Shown here in pieces: positions 19,680 through 27,521 of a stretch of DNA of 32,000 nt; the first letter of the stretch is position 1, and each line of letters opens with the position of its first letter. Source of the DNA: Polynucleobacter sp. AP-Nino-20-G2 (GTDB lineage Bacteria > Pseudomonadota > Gammaproteobacteria > Burkholderiales > Burkholderiaceae). The stretch spans positions 1,570,538 through 1,602,537 of the forward strand of contig NZ_CP061313.1 in assembly GCF_018688235.1 (NCBI RefSeq), read 5' to 3'. The notes below the pieces were generated by a model, which was given only the letters and a program-made list of their open reading frames with translations, had not been told where the DNA came from and made no database searches. The position numbers and the translations under genes were made by a program.

Positions 19680-20498
19680 TTATTCCTCTGTCTCGTTAAG
19701 TAAGCCGCTATCTGCCATACATTGCCAATCTTTAGCATTGATCGCGATAAGCTGCGCTAATTTCACCGCGGTACGTAAACTTATCTTGTCTAACTTTTCT
19801 AAGTTGTCCTCGATGTACTGCAAAATTGCAAACTCTTGTTTTTTGCTCAATTTAAAATCACCCAGTAAGTTTTTCTTTGAAACCATGAAGCACACTTGTT
19901 TAAAGCAGCTTTCCTTTGAGCCGTCAGCAATAACAAGCTTATAACTACGATCTTTTAATGCATCTAAGTGCGCTGAAAGATCGCCTTTTGTACGTCCGTT
20001 AAAGCCAATGTTCGAAATTAGAATTACGCTGCCTTTAAATTCAAACGAGTCCGGAATATTTGTACCTTTCAACGGGGAAGTACTCTCCCAGCTAATTTTT
20101 CGTACCGCAGATGTATCAATTGCTGCTTTTAATAAATTGACTCCTTCAATTTTCTTAAATACCGAATCAATATCATCCAATACCAAAACACTGTTTTCAT
20201 CTCTATGCAAGTACAAATTGCCATACAAGCTCAGCGGGGTCATATGCCCCTTAACTACTTTGTATTTTCCTTGGGCATATTTGTTCAAGTAGTTTTCAAC
20301 AGAGTATGTCTTTCCAACTCCCGGAGGCCCGTTAACAATTAAGTTATGTATTTTTCCGTTTGCAATTTGCTTGATGTAAGTCTCAACATTGCTATAACGC
20401 TTCTCAAGATCCCTGTAATTATCTTTGTCGTATTGACATCCAGCTTTATTGGCTGTCATCCGTAATCCGAAATTGCCGTTTGTTTTAGTTGCGTACAT
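19680..20498 (-). CDS. stand-alone AAA+ ATPase (clamp-loader/RuvB/helicase-loader-like motif set)
   Basis: Walker A HNLIVNGPPGVGKTYS, Walker B VLVLDDIDS, sensor-1 VILISN, an LKDRS arginine motif, and a C-terminal helical lid with ISLRTAVKL. The protein is 272 aa with an AAGGAAA Shine-Dalgarno. Confidence 0.75.
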   Translation of the reverse strand: MYATKTNGNFGLRMTANKAGCQYDKDNYRDLEKRYSNVETYIKQIANGKIHNLIVNGPPGVGKTYSVENYLNKYAQGKYKVVKGHMTPLSLYGNLYLHRDENSVLVLDDIDSVFKKIEGVNLLKAAIDTSAVRKISWESTSPLKGTNIPDSFEFKGSVILISNIGFNGRTKGDLSAHLDALKDRSYKLVIADGSKESCFKQVCFMVSKKNLLGDFKLSKKQEFAILQYIEDNLEKLDKISLRTAVKLAQLIAINAKDWQCMADSGLLNETEE

Positions 20499-20511
20499 GA
20501 TTATTTTTCCT

Positions 20512-21348
20512 TTAGATTGATTGATTTTTTGATTGATTCATTTCTTCGCGCACTTCATGCTTAGCTTGGTCTACTGCTTCACGCACAGCTCGTCTTTTTT
20601 GAGCTTCAGTAACAACCTTAGCTACGCCAGTTCTTGCTTGATCTATGTCTTTGCATAAGTGTTTTGAGAAAAACCTGATCGCGTAATGCTCAAAAGTTAC
20701 TTCAGCTGGCAACTTGCCAAGAACGTTGTACTGACCATTAGCACTTACTGAGCAAATAACATATTCATAAGTGCAGCTCTTGCTGTAAATTCCGTTAAAT
20801 GCTTTGGGTGCATCAAAGCTAGCAAACGGCATTTCGGTGCGTGCATTCAAAAACTCATACGCTAAGCTAAGCTGCTCTTCTTCTAAGTCTTGAATAGCTT
20901 CTGCTGCCTGCGTGTCTACCCCAATAGCGCGTATTTGCTCAATACCGCCAGCCTGCTCTAAATACTCAGTAAACTGCGCTGGGGCAATTTGATTTACCCT
21001 TGCAGTTTGAATTGCCCTTGCATACACGTGTGCAGTTTTACGATCAGCACGAGTGATGTAGCGCACTAATACAGTGACATCAGAGGTATTGTCTTGCGTC
21101 TTAATGCCGTACTGCTCTTGTAGGTTTTTACGAACTATTTTGATCAGATCAGCCTTATCAACAGCCGCATCAAACTGATCAACTAATACTGCAATCTTCC
21201 CTAATAAGCTATACAACGCTTTACGCCCACCAATCACATAATTTGTATTAAATGCCTCATGCTCAGCCGCTAAATCCTCAGCCTGCCCAATCAGCGACTT
21301 TGTTACGCCTAAATTACCCTCCAGAACCACTTCTTGATTTGCTAACAT
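20512..21348 (-). CDS. hypothetical protein, first gene of the island operon
   Basis: 278-aa ORF with an AAGGAAA Shine-Dalgarno and a 13-nt gap to the AAA+ gene. I recognise no motif. The C-terminal tail is charged and helical. Confidence 0.6.
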   Translation of the reverse strand: MLANQEVVLEGNLGVTKSLIGQAEDLAAEHEAFNTNYVIGGRKALYSLLGKIAVLVDQFDAAVDKADLIKIVRKNLQEQYGIKTQDNTSDVTVLVRYITRADRKTAHVYARAIQTARVNQIAPAQFTEYLEQAGGIEQIRAIGVDTQAAEAIQDLEEEQLSLAYEFLNARTEMPFASFDAPKAFNGIYSKSCTYEYVICSVSANGQYNVLGKLPAEVTFEHYAIRFFSKHLCKDIDQARTGVAKVVTEAQKRRAVREAVDQAKHEVREEMNQSKNQSI

Positions 21349-21579
21349 TTTTATTTCCTTTGTAAAAATTGATGTTTAAAAATCACCGAACTTGTTTGTT
21401 GCTGAGTAACAATTTAATTTTTAATTCATCAATTTTTTAGGGATTTGGTTATTGCGCCTTCTCCCTAAATCGCACAAAATACTGAAAATATGACCTCAAT
21501 ACCTGTATTTTTCGATGTGTTAATGTGGAATCAATTTAGCTAGTTAATTAAGCGCAGTAGCTCCAGAGGGCCCATACAA

Positions 21580-22383
21580 ATGACCATTCATTTCTTCTTA
21601 AAGGGGCTTAGCCCTGAAGATCGGCTATTCCCCCAAACTCTGGAGAGCTCCTCAAAACTGGCTAAAGGCACCCTCTATGAATCTTGGTTTGATACCCTCA
21701 AGGCATCACCTTGGTATGAAAAGGTTTCACAGACATTAGAGTTTCCAAGCGAGGTATCCCAAAGAACCTGGGAGCTATTTGGAGACTTACGAGACATAGA
21801 GTTTTCAGCATGGTGGCAACGTACTGGCTATCAGATTTTCTCTGAGCAAGTTCCATACCAAGCCATACAAGTCTTAGATAAAGATCAACCTGAATTAACC
21901 TTCAAATTAAATCAGCCAGTTAATAAACTGCCAACCCTAAAAATAGAAGTTCCATTGAATTTAGCTCCTAAGGCACTAAAAGCTCAATTTGATGAAATAT
22001 TAGAGCGCTACAGTGAGTACTATCGGGAAAAGGATGATCGCTGGGATCACAGTACTGCCCCAGCCCATCAATACCGTGAATCTAAACTAACCTATCAAAC
22101 GATTAAAAAATGGCTTGATGTTTATAAAGCCTATCAGCAGCAATCTGCAAAACCAGGCTTTAAGCTCTACAACTTTGCTTACAAAATGGACCTTCACCCC
22201 ACGCTATTTAAAGGCTTGCGAAAAAATGTGGATGTGCCCGAGGATTTACGTATACAAGCTGCAAATATTGCCAGTGATATTTTGAAATCCGCTAACTTTT
22301 TAATGGCAAACGCTACAGAGATGAAGTTTCCCTGCACTGATCCTCATCCTTGGGCAGTCTCTGAAAAACGCAAAAAGAGCTAA
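21580..22383 (+). CDS. hypothetical protein
   Basis: A 267-aa ORF divergent from the island operon and convergent with the recombinase gene. I recognise no motif. Confidence 0.5.
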   Translation: MTIHFFLKGLSPEDRLFPQTLESSSKLAKGTLYESWFDTLKASPWYEKVSQTLEFPSEVSQRTWELFGDLRDIEFSAWWQRTGYQIFSEQVPYQAIQVLDKDQPELTFKLNQPVNKLPTLKIEVPLNLAPKALKAQFDEILERYSEYYREKDDRWDHSTAPAHQYRESKLTYQTIKKWLDVYKAYQQQSAKPGFKLYNFAYKMDLHPTLFKGLRKNVDVPEDLRIQAANIASDILKSANFLMANATEMKFPCTDPHPWAVSEKRKKS

Positions 22384-22388
22384 GCTTA

Positions 22389-23027
22389 TTAAATTAGCTC
22401 TACCGCTTTACGCTTCATATCGTCATTGACATCAATATAAGCCTGCGTTGTGCTGATATTTCGGTGCCCTGCTAAGCTCATCAGCACTCTTACCCCAATA
22501 CCTTTACTTGCTAAGTTAGTAATGAAGCTACGGCGACCACTATGACTAGTAGCACCAGCGATACCCGCTGCTTTATATATGTGCTTAAAGTGCTGCGTAA
22601 GTGTATTAGCCGTAAATCCGCGTTTTGGATACTTCTGCGTGGGAAAGAATGCGTAGTTGCGGTCTTTAATGGCGATCTCATTGGCAAACGCTTGTAACTC
22701 CGCTTTTAAACGTTCATTTAGGAAGACTGTGCGTGGATGGCGACCTTTAGTTTGCTCTGGCAATAAGCGGATCTCACTTTTGACTTGGTTTTCAGGGTCT
22801 AAAACGTCGCATACACGTAGGGCCGCTACCTCCCCTACTCTGAGCCCACCCCAATGCGTTAATAGCAACATAGCGCGATTACGTACGCTGTGTTTGGTGG
22901 CTTTTATATACTCCAAAACTTGGGTAAGTTCTGTACTACTAAACGATTTTGCTTGTGGCATATAGCTGTCCTTTAAATGTAATAAATACGCAGCTACAGT
23001 ATGTTTTCTGATGTTTGGTTTGGACAA
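22389..23027 (-). CDS. short tyrosine recombinase (catalytic domain only; FimB/FimE-sized)
   Basis: Box I GGLRVGEVAALR and box II HSGRRSFITNLA...LAGHRNISTTQAY give the R..H-x-x-R..H..Y catalytic set. The track start at 23027 is a TTG. The first ATG (MPQAKSF...) would give ~190 aa. Either way there is no N-terminal arm- or core-binding domain of normal size. Confidence 0.85.
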   Translation of the reverse strand: MSKPNIRKHTVAAYLLHLKDSYMPQAKSFSSTELTQVLEYIKATKHSVRNRAMLLLTHWGGLRVGEVAALRVCDVLDPENQVKSEIRLLPEQTKGRHPRTVFLNERLKAELQAFANEIAIKDRNYAFFPTQKYPKRGFTANTLTQHFKHIYKAAGIAGATSHSGRRSFITNLASKGIGVRVLMSLAGHRNISTTQAYIDVNDDMKRKAVELI

Positions 23028-23087
23028 CCGACTATGGCTTAAATGCCACAGAAAAAAGGGCTTTCGATTTCAACGACTTACAAGACA

Positions 23088-23121
23088 ACTACAGGAAAGT
23101 ACTATTTCCTGTAGTTTTTTA
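23088..23121 (+). terminator. orphan terminator-like hairpin upstream of the recombinase gene
   Basis: ACTACAGGAAA-GTACTA-TTTCCTGTAGT followed by TTTTT on the plus strand. No plus-strand gene ends nearby. Confidence 0.5.
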
Positions 23122-23240
23122 TTTAGCCAGTTTTTACTGGAAAACCATGGCATAAATGGCTAAAGTACTAGGAAATACATGACTAGCATTAAAACAAACC
23201 ATTATTAGAAAATCCCACCCAGATACTCACTTTCAATTTC

Positions 23241-23729
23241 ATGAAAAATTTTTATCACATATTTTTTAACGTTGGCATATCTGAGGAGGCGGATTGCTGG
23301 GAGTCTGGGTATTTAAATAATGCCCAGATGGGCGAAATGAACTACATGATGGTTCAAATAGTGAAATCTGAATTGCAATGTATTGAGTTTCAAGTAAAGC
23401 ATGAAGTTCGAAGAATTGAGTCAGGAGGCACACTTTCACAAAAAGAATTCACATCAAAATACTCAGAGTATTTCAATTTATCTAAGGAAGTTTTTGAAGA
23501 AATTCTTGCTATATCAATATTGCCAAAAAAACTTTCTAGATTAAATGACACTGGATTTGTAATCTATAACAAAAATACCATGGGTGAAATTAATGCTGAA
23601 GGGCTTGGTCTCATGCCAAGCGAGCTAAAAACTGCTCGAATTGCATTTACTTCGGTTGAGCAAGAGCCTCTCGGGGAGGATAATTTTTTAGATCATGAAG
23701 AAATTGCAGCGATCTACATTCCCGACTAG
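23241..23729 (+). CDS. hypothetical protein
   Basis: A 162-aa ORF in a visibly AT-rich stretch, with no clear Shine-Dalgarno. It is followed by the weak hairpin TGTGAT-N12-ATCACA plus a T-run. Confidence 0.4.
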   Translation: MKNFYHIFFNVGISEEADCWESGYLNNAQMGEMNYMMVQIVKSELQCIEFQVKHEVRRIESGGTLSQKEFTSKYSEYFNLSKEVFEEILAISILPKKLSRLNDTGFVIYNKNTMGEINAEGLGLMPSELKTARIAFTSVEQEPLGEDNFLDHEEIAAIYIPD

Positions 23730-24107
23730 ATGCATATAGGCGAACTGCGTTCTCCTGTGATTTCGCTTCTCGCTCATCACATTTTTCTTTTCTCTGATTC
23801 TTTTATTAATTGATGATTGGGTGATAGAACTTTTAGCCAAACGACGGCTATAGCACTTAAAAAGCACTATGAGCCGCCGCTACGTGTAGATTGGTCTGAT
23901 GTCACTTCCAGCTAACACGACTCTAGAGGGTATTCCGAAAGACTGATGGATTAAAACTTTCGACCTATTTTGGCATTGATTTGCCTAATAGGAACCTGCG
24001 GCCACCTGTTATACATAACCTCTAGAGCGATTATGTCAGGGCGGGGTCATTAGCCGACGTATTACAACCCGCGTTTTCTGCCGTTTTAGGTGGGCTAACC
24101 TTCACTA

Positions 24108-24476
24108 CTATTGCCTATGTATTTGCCTGCGAATCTTCTTATAAAGATTTAATACTCCAAATATCTGCCTAGCCGTTGCCTGTGTTTGCTTCAAATTAAA
24201 TGTCTGTACTTGCTTTAGTTGCGCCTGATCTAATCGCAGCCTATGTTCTTGCAATAAGCAGTGAGCGGCTCTTTTTGCCAAAATAAACTTGGCTTCCAAA
24301 TCGGGATTGATGCACTTTTCCGGATTAAGTCCCTGCGATCTAAACCATTGATCTGTAGCACTGCTGTCTTTGAGGGTCTTATATCTATTCATATAGTTAT
24401 TTAGCAAACCACACAAATCACCACTAAATTTCTGGTTTCTAGTGGTTACCAATTTTTCAGGTTGCTCAACCACCAT
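24108..24476 (-). CDS. hypothetical protein (weakly supported)
   Basis: A 122-aa ORF with a poor ribosome-binding site. It is divergent from 24524 with only 47 nt between the starts. Confidence 0.35.
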   Translation of the reverse strand: MVVEQPEKLVTTRNQKFSGDLCGLLNNYMNRYKTLKDSSATDQWFRSQGLNPEKCINPDLEAKFILAKRAAHCLLQEHRLRLDQAQLKQVQTFNLKQTQATARQIFGVLNLYKKIRRQIHRQ

Positions 24477-24523
24477 TTCTGATCATATTGTTGTATGTGC
24501 CCATTCACTATTAAGGAGTAAAC

Positions 24524-24961
24524 ATGAGCACACTAGAAACACTGAAATTCGTCAGCGTTACTAAACCCACTAAATTACCCGCTGTTGTCCAAAGACGTAA
24601 TAAGCTATCCGATAAGCTTTGGGAACAGATCCAATTAGCTGAAGCTAAAAGCGCTGGCACAAGCTATGCCCCATTGAAAACCAAACGATTAAAAGATATT
24701 GAAGGCAATATCAAAATCTTAGAAGTGCCAAAACGTATCAAGCCTTGGTGGTTTACTGCCCAAAATGGCAAGTCCTGCCTTGTTGTCAGGTACGGATCCA
24801 AAACGCTAGAAATATCACAAGGTAAATCGGCTATTGAGCTAGATAAGCCCTATGAACTTATACATACATTAGAGATGATTAAAACGGCTGTAGAAGCTGG
24901 CGAGCTAGATGCACAAATAGAGCGGGCGGCTGGACTGCTTAAAGAAGGGTTTCTCAAATGA
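24524..24961 (+). CDS. conserved hypothetical protein common in proteobacterial genomic islands
   Basis: AAGGAG Shine-Dalgarno. The pattern LPAVVQRRNKL...WEQIQLAEA...VPKRIKPWWF...VRYG...ELDAQIE is one I recall from uncharacterised island proteins. That is memory, not a search. Confidence 0.6.
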   Translation: MSTLETLKFVSVTKPTKLPAVVQRRNKLSDKLWEQIQLAEAKSAGTSYAPLKTKRLKDIEGNIKILEVPKRIKPWWFTAQNGKSCLVVRYGSKTLEISQGKSAIELDKPYELIHTLEMIKTAVEAGELDAQIERAAGLLKEGFLK

Positions 24962-25107
24962 AGAAATACTTACTATGGGTACGTATTAACCAAACCCAAA
25001 CCGCCAATACGATTGTGTATGCAGAAGGTCAATATCAAGCCAGGCAATTGGGTGAGATGCAGTACGGCATAGGAAATGTACTTAATTACACAGAAATTCA
25101 TGAATAA
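24958..25107 (+). CDS. small ORF (49 aa) translationally coupled to the preceding gene
   Basis: It falls below the track cutoff. The ATGA overlap with the stop of 24524..24961 gives MKKYLLWVRINQTQTANTIVYAEGQYQARQLGEMQYGIGNVLNYTEIHE. Confidence 0.4.
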   Translation: MKKYLLWVRINQTQTANTIVYAEGQYQARQLGEMQYGIGNVLNYTEIHE

Positions 25108-25130
25108 TAAGCATTGGGTTAAATACATTA

Positions 25131-25313
25131 ATGCGCTTCTATGAATTTGGCATTAAACCCATTAAACCCTTATCAGCCCTAACCCCTGAAAAAGCACGCC
25201 TTGCCCACCTCAAGCAATCTAGCGAGCGAGCCAAAAAACTTTATAAGGCTGAACGAGAGCGACAAAACCTGATTAAATCCCAACGTAAGATTTTTAATCT
25301 TTCGAGACCTTGA
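25131..25313 (+). CDS. small basic hypothetical protein (weakly supported)
   Basis: A 60-aa Lys/Arg-rich ORF with no clear Shine-Dalgarno. Confidence 0.3.
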   Translation: MRFYEFGIKPIKPLSALTPEKARLAHLKQSSERAKKLYKAERERQNLIKSQRKIFNLSRP

Positions 25314-25424
25314 TTCATTTTGACTGAAATCGGGCTGGTTTTTGGTGGTTTTAAGTCAAAAAAGGGATCAATTATCATGACGGATGTCAGGCTATGCTAC
25401 GCTGGCTTTAAATACCTTTATCAC

Positions 25425-25441
25425 CGTTACTTTAAGTAACG
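25425..25441. repeat. palindrome CGTTACT-TTA-AGTAACG (copy 4 of 4)
   Basis: It has the same core as the three other copies. About 25 nt of left-flank sequence (TGCTACGCTGGCTTTAAATACCTTTATCAC) also loosely resembles the flank in repeat unit 2 (TGCTCCACAGTGCCTTTTGAGAGATTTATAAG). Confidence 0.5.
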
Positions 25442-25499
25442 ATTGGCTACCTGCAATACTAGAAAACTCAAATTAAGCAACCGCAAAGAAAATCTAATC

Positions 25500-25841
25500 A
25501 TGCCTAAATCACTTGAAGATTATCAGCTTGAATTTGATCACCTTGATCAATACTTGTCTGACTCTTTAGATAATGGAATCATAACGGGGGATCACTATGA
25601 CAATGCCGGAATGATCATTAGCGCTCTATATCCTGATGAGACTCGTAGCATTAATATGAAGAATGGAAATCTTGACGAAGGCTCGGACCCAGATGATATT
25701 GGCGGGATTCCGATGCTAGATATGCTATTTAAGGCAGTTGATGATAAGAAACAATTTGTGAGTGATTTTAGAGAGGCAATTAAAGAATGCCGAAACTACA
25801 ATATTGATGAGGTTGTAGCTGAAATTATCAAATCAAGATAA
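25500..25841 (+). CDS. small strongly acidic hypothetical protein
   Basis: From the first ATG the sequence is MPKSLEDYQLEFDHLDQYLSDSLDNGIITGDHYDN...DEGSDPDDIGG.... Asp/Glu residues clearly outnumber Lys/Arg. The track's longer form starts at a TTG at 25443. Confidence 0.5.
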   Translation: MPKSLEDYQLEFDHLDQYLSDSLDNGIITGDHYDNAGMIISALYPDETRSINMKNGNLDEGSDPDDIGGIPMLDMLFKAVDDKKQFVSDFREAIKECRNYNIDEVVAEIIKSR

Positions 25842-25845
25842 CTAC

Positions 25846-26502
25846 ATGACCAAAACCATTATTTTCGATACCGAAGCTACGGGCATAAAAGAACCCGTAT
25901 TAATTGAAGCTGCTTGGGTTGAGCTTGAGTCTATTGAGCCCTTTACTGTTACCAACCCTTTCGTACAGCGTTATAACCCTGGTAAACCCATTACCCTTGG
26001 TGCACTAGCTACTCATCACATTATGGATGAAGAGTTAGTTGATTGCCCACCAGCAGCTAGCTTCACCTTGCCTGGGCATGTGGACTACATCATTGGGCAT
26101 AACGTGGACTTTGACTGGGAAGTAATTGGCAAACCTGAAATCAAACGTATTTGCACGCTGGCACTTGCTCGCAAGCTTTGGCCAGATTTAGATAGCCATA
26201 ATCAAAGCGCACTGATGTATTACTTAGAGCGGGCTACAGCACGTGAGCAATTACGCAATGCCCACTCAGCCATTGCAGATGTTGGTGTTTGTGCTGTGAT
26301 CCTTGATCATATTTGCCAGCAGCTAGGCGTTAAAACTATTGAAGATTTATATAAGGAATCCGAGAAGGCTAGAACCCCAACCACAATGCCATTTGGCAAA
26401 CATAAAGGCTTATTGCTAGCGGATGTTCCCAGTGATTACAAACAGTGGCTACTGACTCAAGGAGATATTGATCCCTACTTACGGAAGGCATTAGGAGCAT
26501 AG
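25846..26502 (+). CDS. exoX: DEDDh 3'-5' exonuclease, exodeoxyribonuclease X-like
   Basis: Exo motifs IIFDTEATG (Exo I), GHNVDFDW (Exo II) and HSAIADV (Exo III, DEDDh). ICTLALARKLWP and the C-terminal MPFGKHKGLLLADVPSDYKQWLL tail parallel E. coli ExoX (ICTMKLARRLWP ... FGKYRGKAVSDV..GYLRWL), as I remember it. Confidence 0.7.
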   Translation: MTKTIIFDTEATGIKEPVLIEAAWVELESIEPFTVTNPFVQRYNPGKPITLGALATHHIMDEELVDCPPAASFTLPGHVDYIIGHNVDFDWEVIGKPEIKRICTLALARKLWPDLDSHNQSALMYYLERATAREQLRNAHSAIADVGVCAVILDHICQQLGVKTIEDLYKESEKARTPTTMPFGKHKGLLLADVPSDYKQWLLTQGDIDPYLRKALGA

Positions 26503-26552
26503 ATTTAAATCCTATGGCACGCTTATTCAATCTCGCCCGACCCACCAAAAAT

Positions 26553-26584
26553 AAAGCCCTTGAATGCAGATTCAGGGGCTTTTT
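26553..26584 (+). terminator. rho-independent terminator after exoX
   Basis: AAGCCCTTGAAT-GCAG-ATTCAGGGGCTT followed by TTTT. Confidence 0.65.
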
Positions 26585-26650
26585 CATTACAGAAACTGAA
26601 GAATTTAGTGCAACGGTCTATATGTCCGCTGGTCATTTATTCATGGAAAC

Positions 26651-27466
26651 TTAAGCTAGGCGGCTGTTTAAGGATTTAAATATTTCCCCGCTCTTGTCGG
26701 TGAGTTCATCCATTATTGTGTAGTGATTTTTTTCGAGTATATTTTTAAAACTACCTGCAGCTTTGAATGAACTTCTATAGCTCGCAAAATCAATTGACTG
26801 CCTCTGCATCTCAGGTAACTCAGCTCCACCTACAAAGACATCTAATGGCTTAATGAGATCTTGTTGAAGTAGCATAGGAGAATTTTTTAATACGGCGCTC
26901 TCATCTAGCTGTAGTTTGTCATTGATGTAGCAGTGCTTCATCGGCTCTAAATCATAAATTCCACTAATCGCAGTTCCACCTAGAACGCAGTCTTCATCCT
27001 GAACCATGGATACGAGATGGGCACCCGCAGACCAACCTAAAAGCCATATCTTTTGAGAAGCAATGTTCTGCTCTTTCATATAAGCTCTAATTGCTTTTAG
27101 ACCATCTCTTACGTCCTGAATAATTTCATTCATATTAGCATGGGGTGCCAATCGATATCCAAGCATGGCAACACTAAAACCAGCCTCAACTAATGGCGGG
27201 GCAATAAAAGTAAAGTCGTCCTTAGATCGCATTTGCCAAAACCCGCCATGCAGAAAGACAATCACGGGAGCATTATTGCCTGCGGAAAAAAAATCAAAGG
27301 ATTGAGATTTAGAATTCCCATATGAAATATCGCGATCACCATGGAGCCTTTCCTTGGCGGAGATACTAGACTGAACCCATGACTGCACAATCTCCGAACT
27401 CTTAGCAACGGCTAAGGAATTGTTATAAGCCTTATCTAAATCTTCTTTGGATAAATTTTTCCACAT
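26651..27466 (-). CDS. alpha/beta hydrolase (arylformamidase/esterase-like, fold-3 type)
   Basis: HGGFW oxyanion motif and GWSAGAHL nucleophile elbow, 271 aa. Confidence 0.7.
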   Translation of the reverse strand: MWKNLSKEDLDKAYNNSLAVAKSSEIVQSWVQSSISAKERLHGDRDISYGNSKSQSFDFFSAGNNAPVIVFLHGGFWQMRSKDDFTFIAPPLVEAGFSVAMLGYRLAPHANMNEIIQDVRDGLKAIRAYMKEQNIASQKIWLLGWSAGAHLVSMVQDEDCVLGGTAISGIYDLEPMKHCYINDKLQLDESAVLKNSPMLLQQDLIKPLDVFVGGAELPEMQRQSIDFASYRSSFKAAGSFKNILEKNHYTIMDELTDKSGEIFKSLNSRLA

Positions 27467-27521
27467 GCCCTAAACTCCTTATGTAGCTTCTAGATTCTAA
27501 ATACTCTTTCAATTTTCCATT

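Noticed and set aside
25443-25499. TTG-initiated N-terminal extension of the acidic protein (track start 25443)
   Set aside because: The extension starts inside the CGTTACT-N3-AGTAACG palindrome flank and is basic and low-complexity. The internal ATG at 25500 is the more plausible start, although neither has a strong ribosome-binding site.
26503-26650. A right-hand att repeat of the island (AAATCCTATGG at ~26507 versus AAATCCTAATGG on the opposite strand of 18580..18591; CTATGGC shared with 23032)
   Set aside because: The matches are only 7-11 nt, in inconsistent orientation, and well within chance for this composition.
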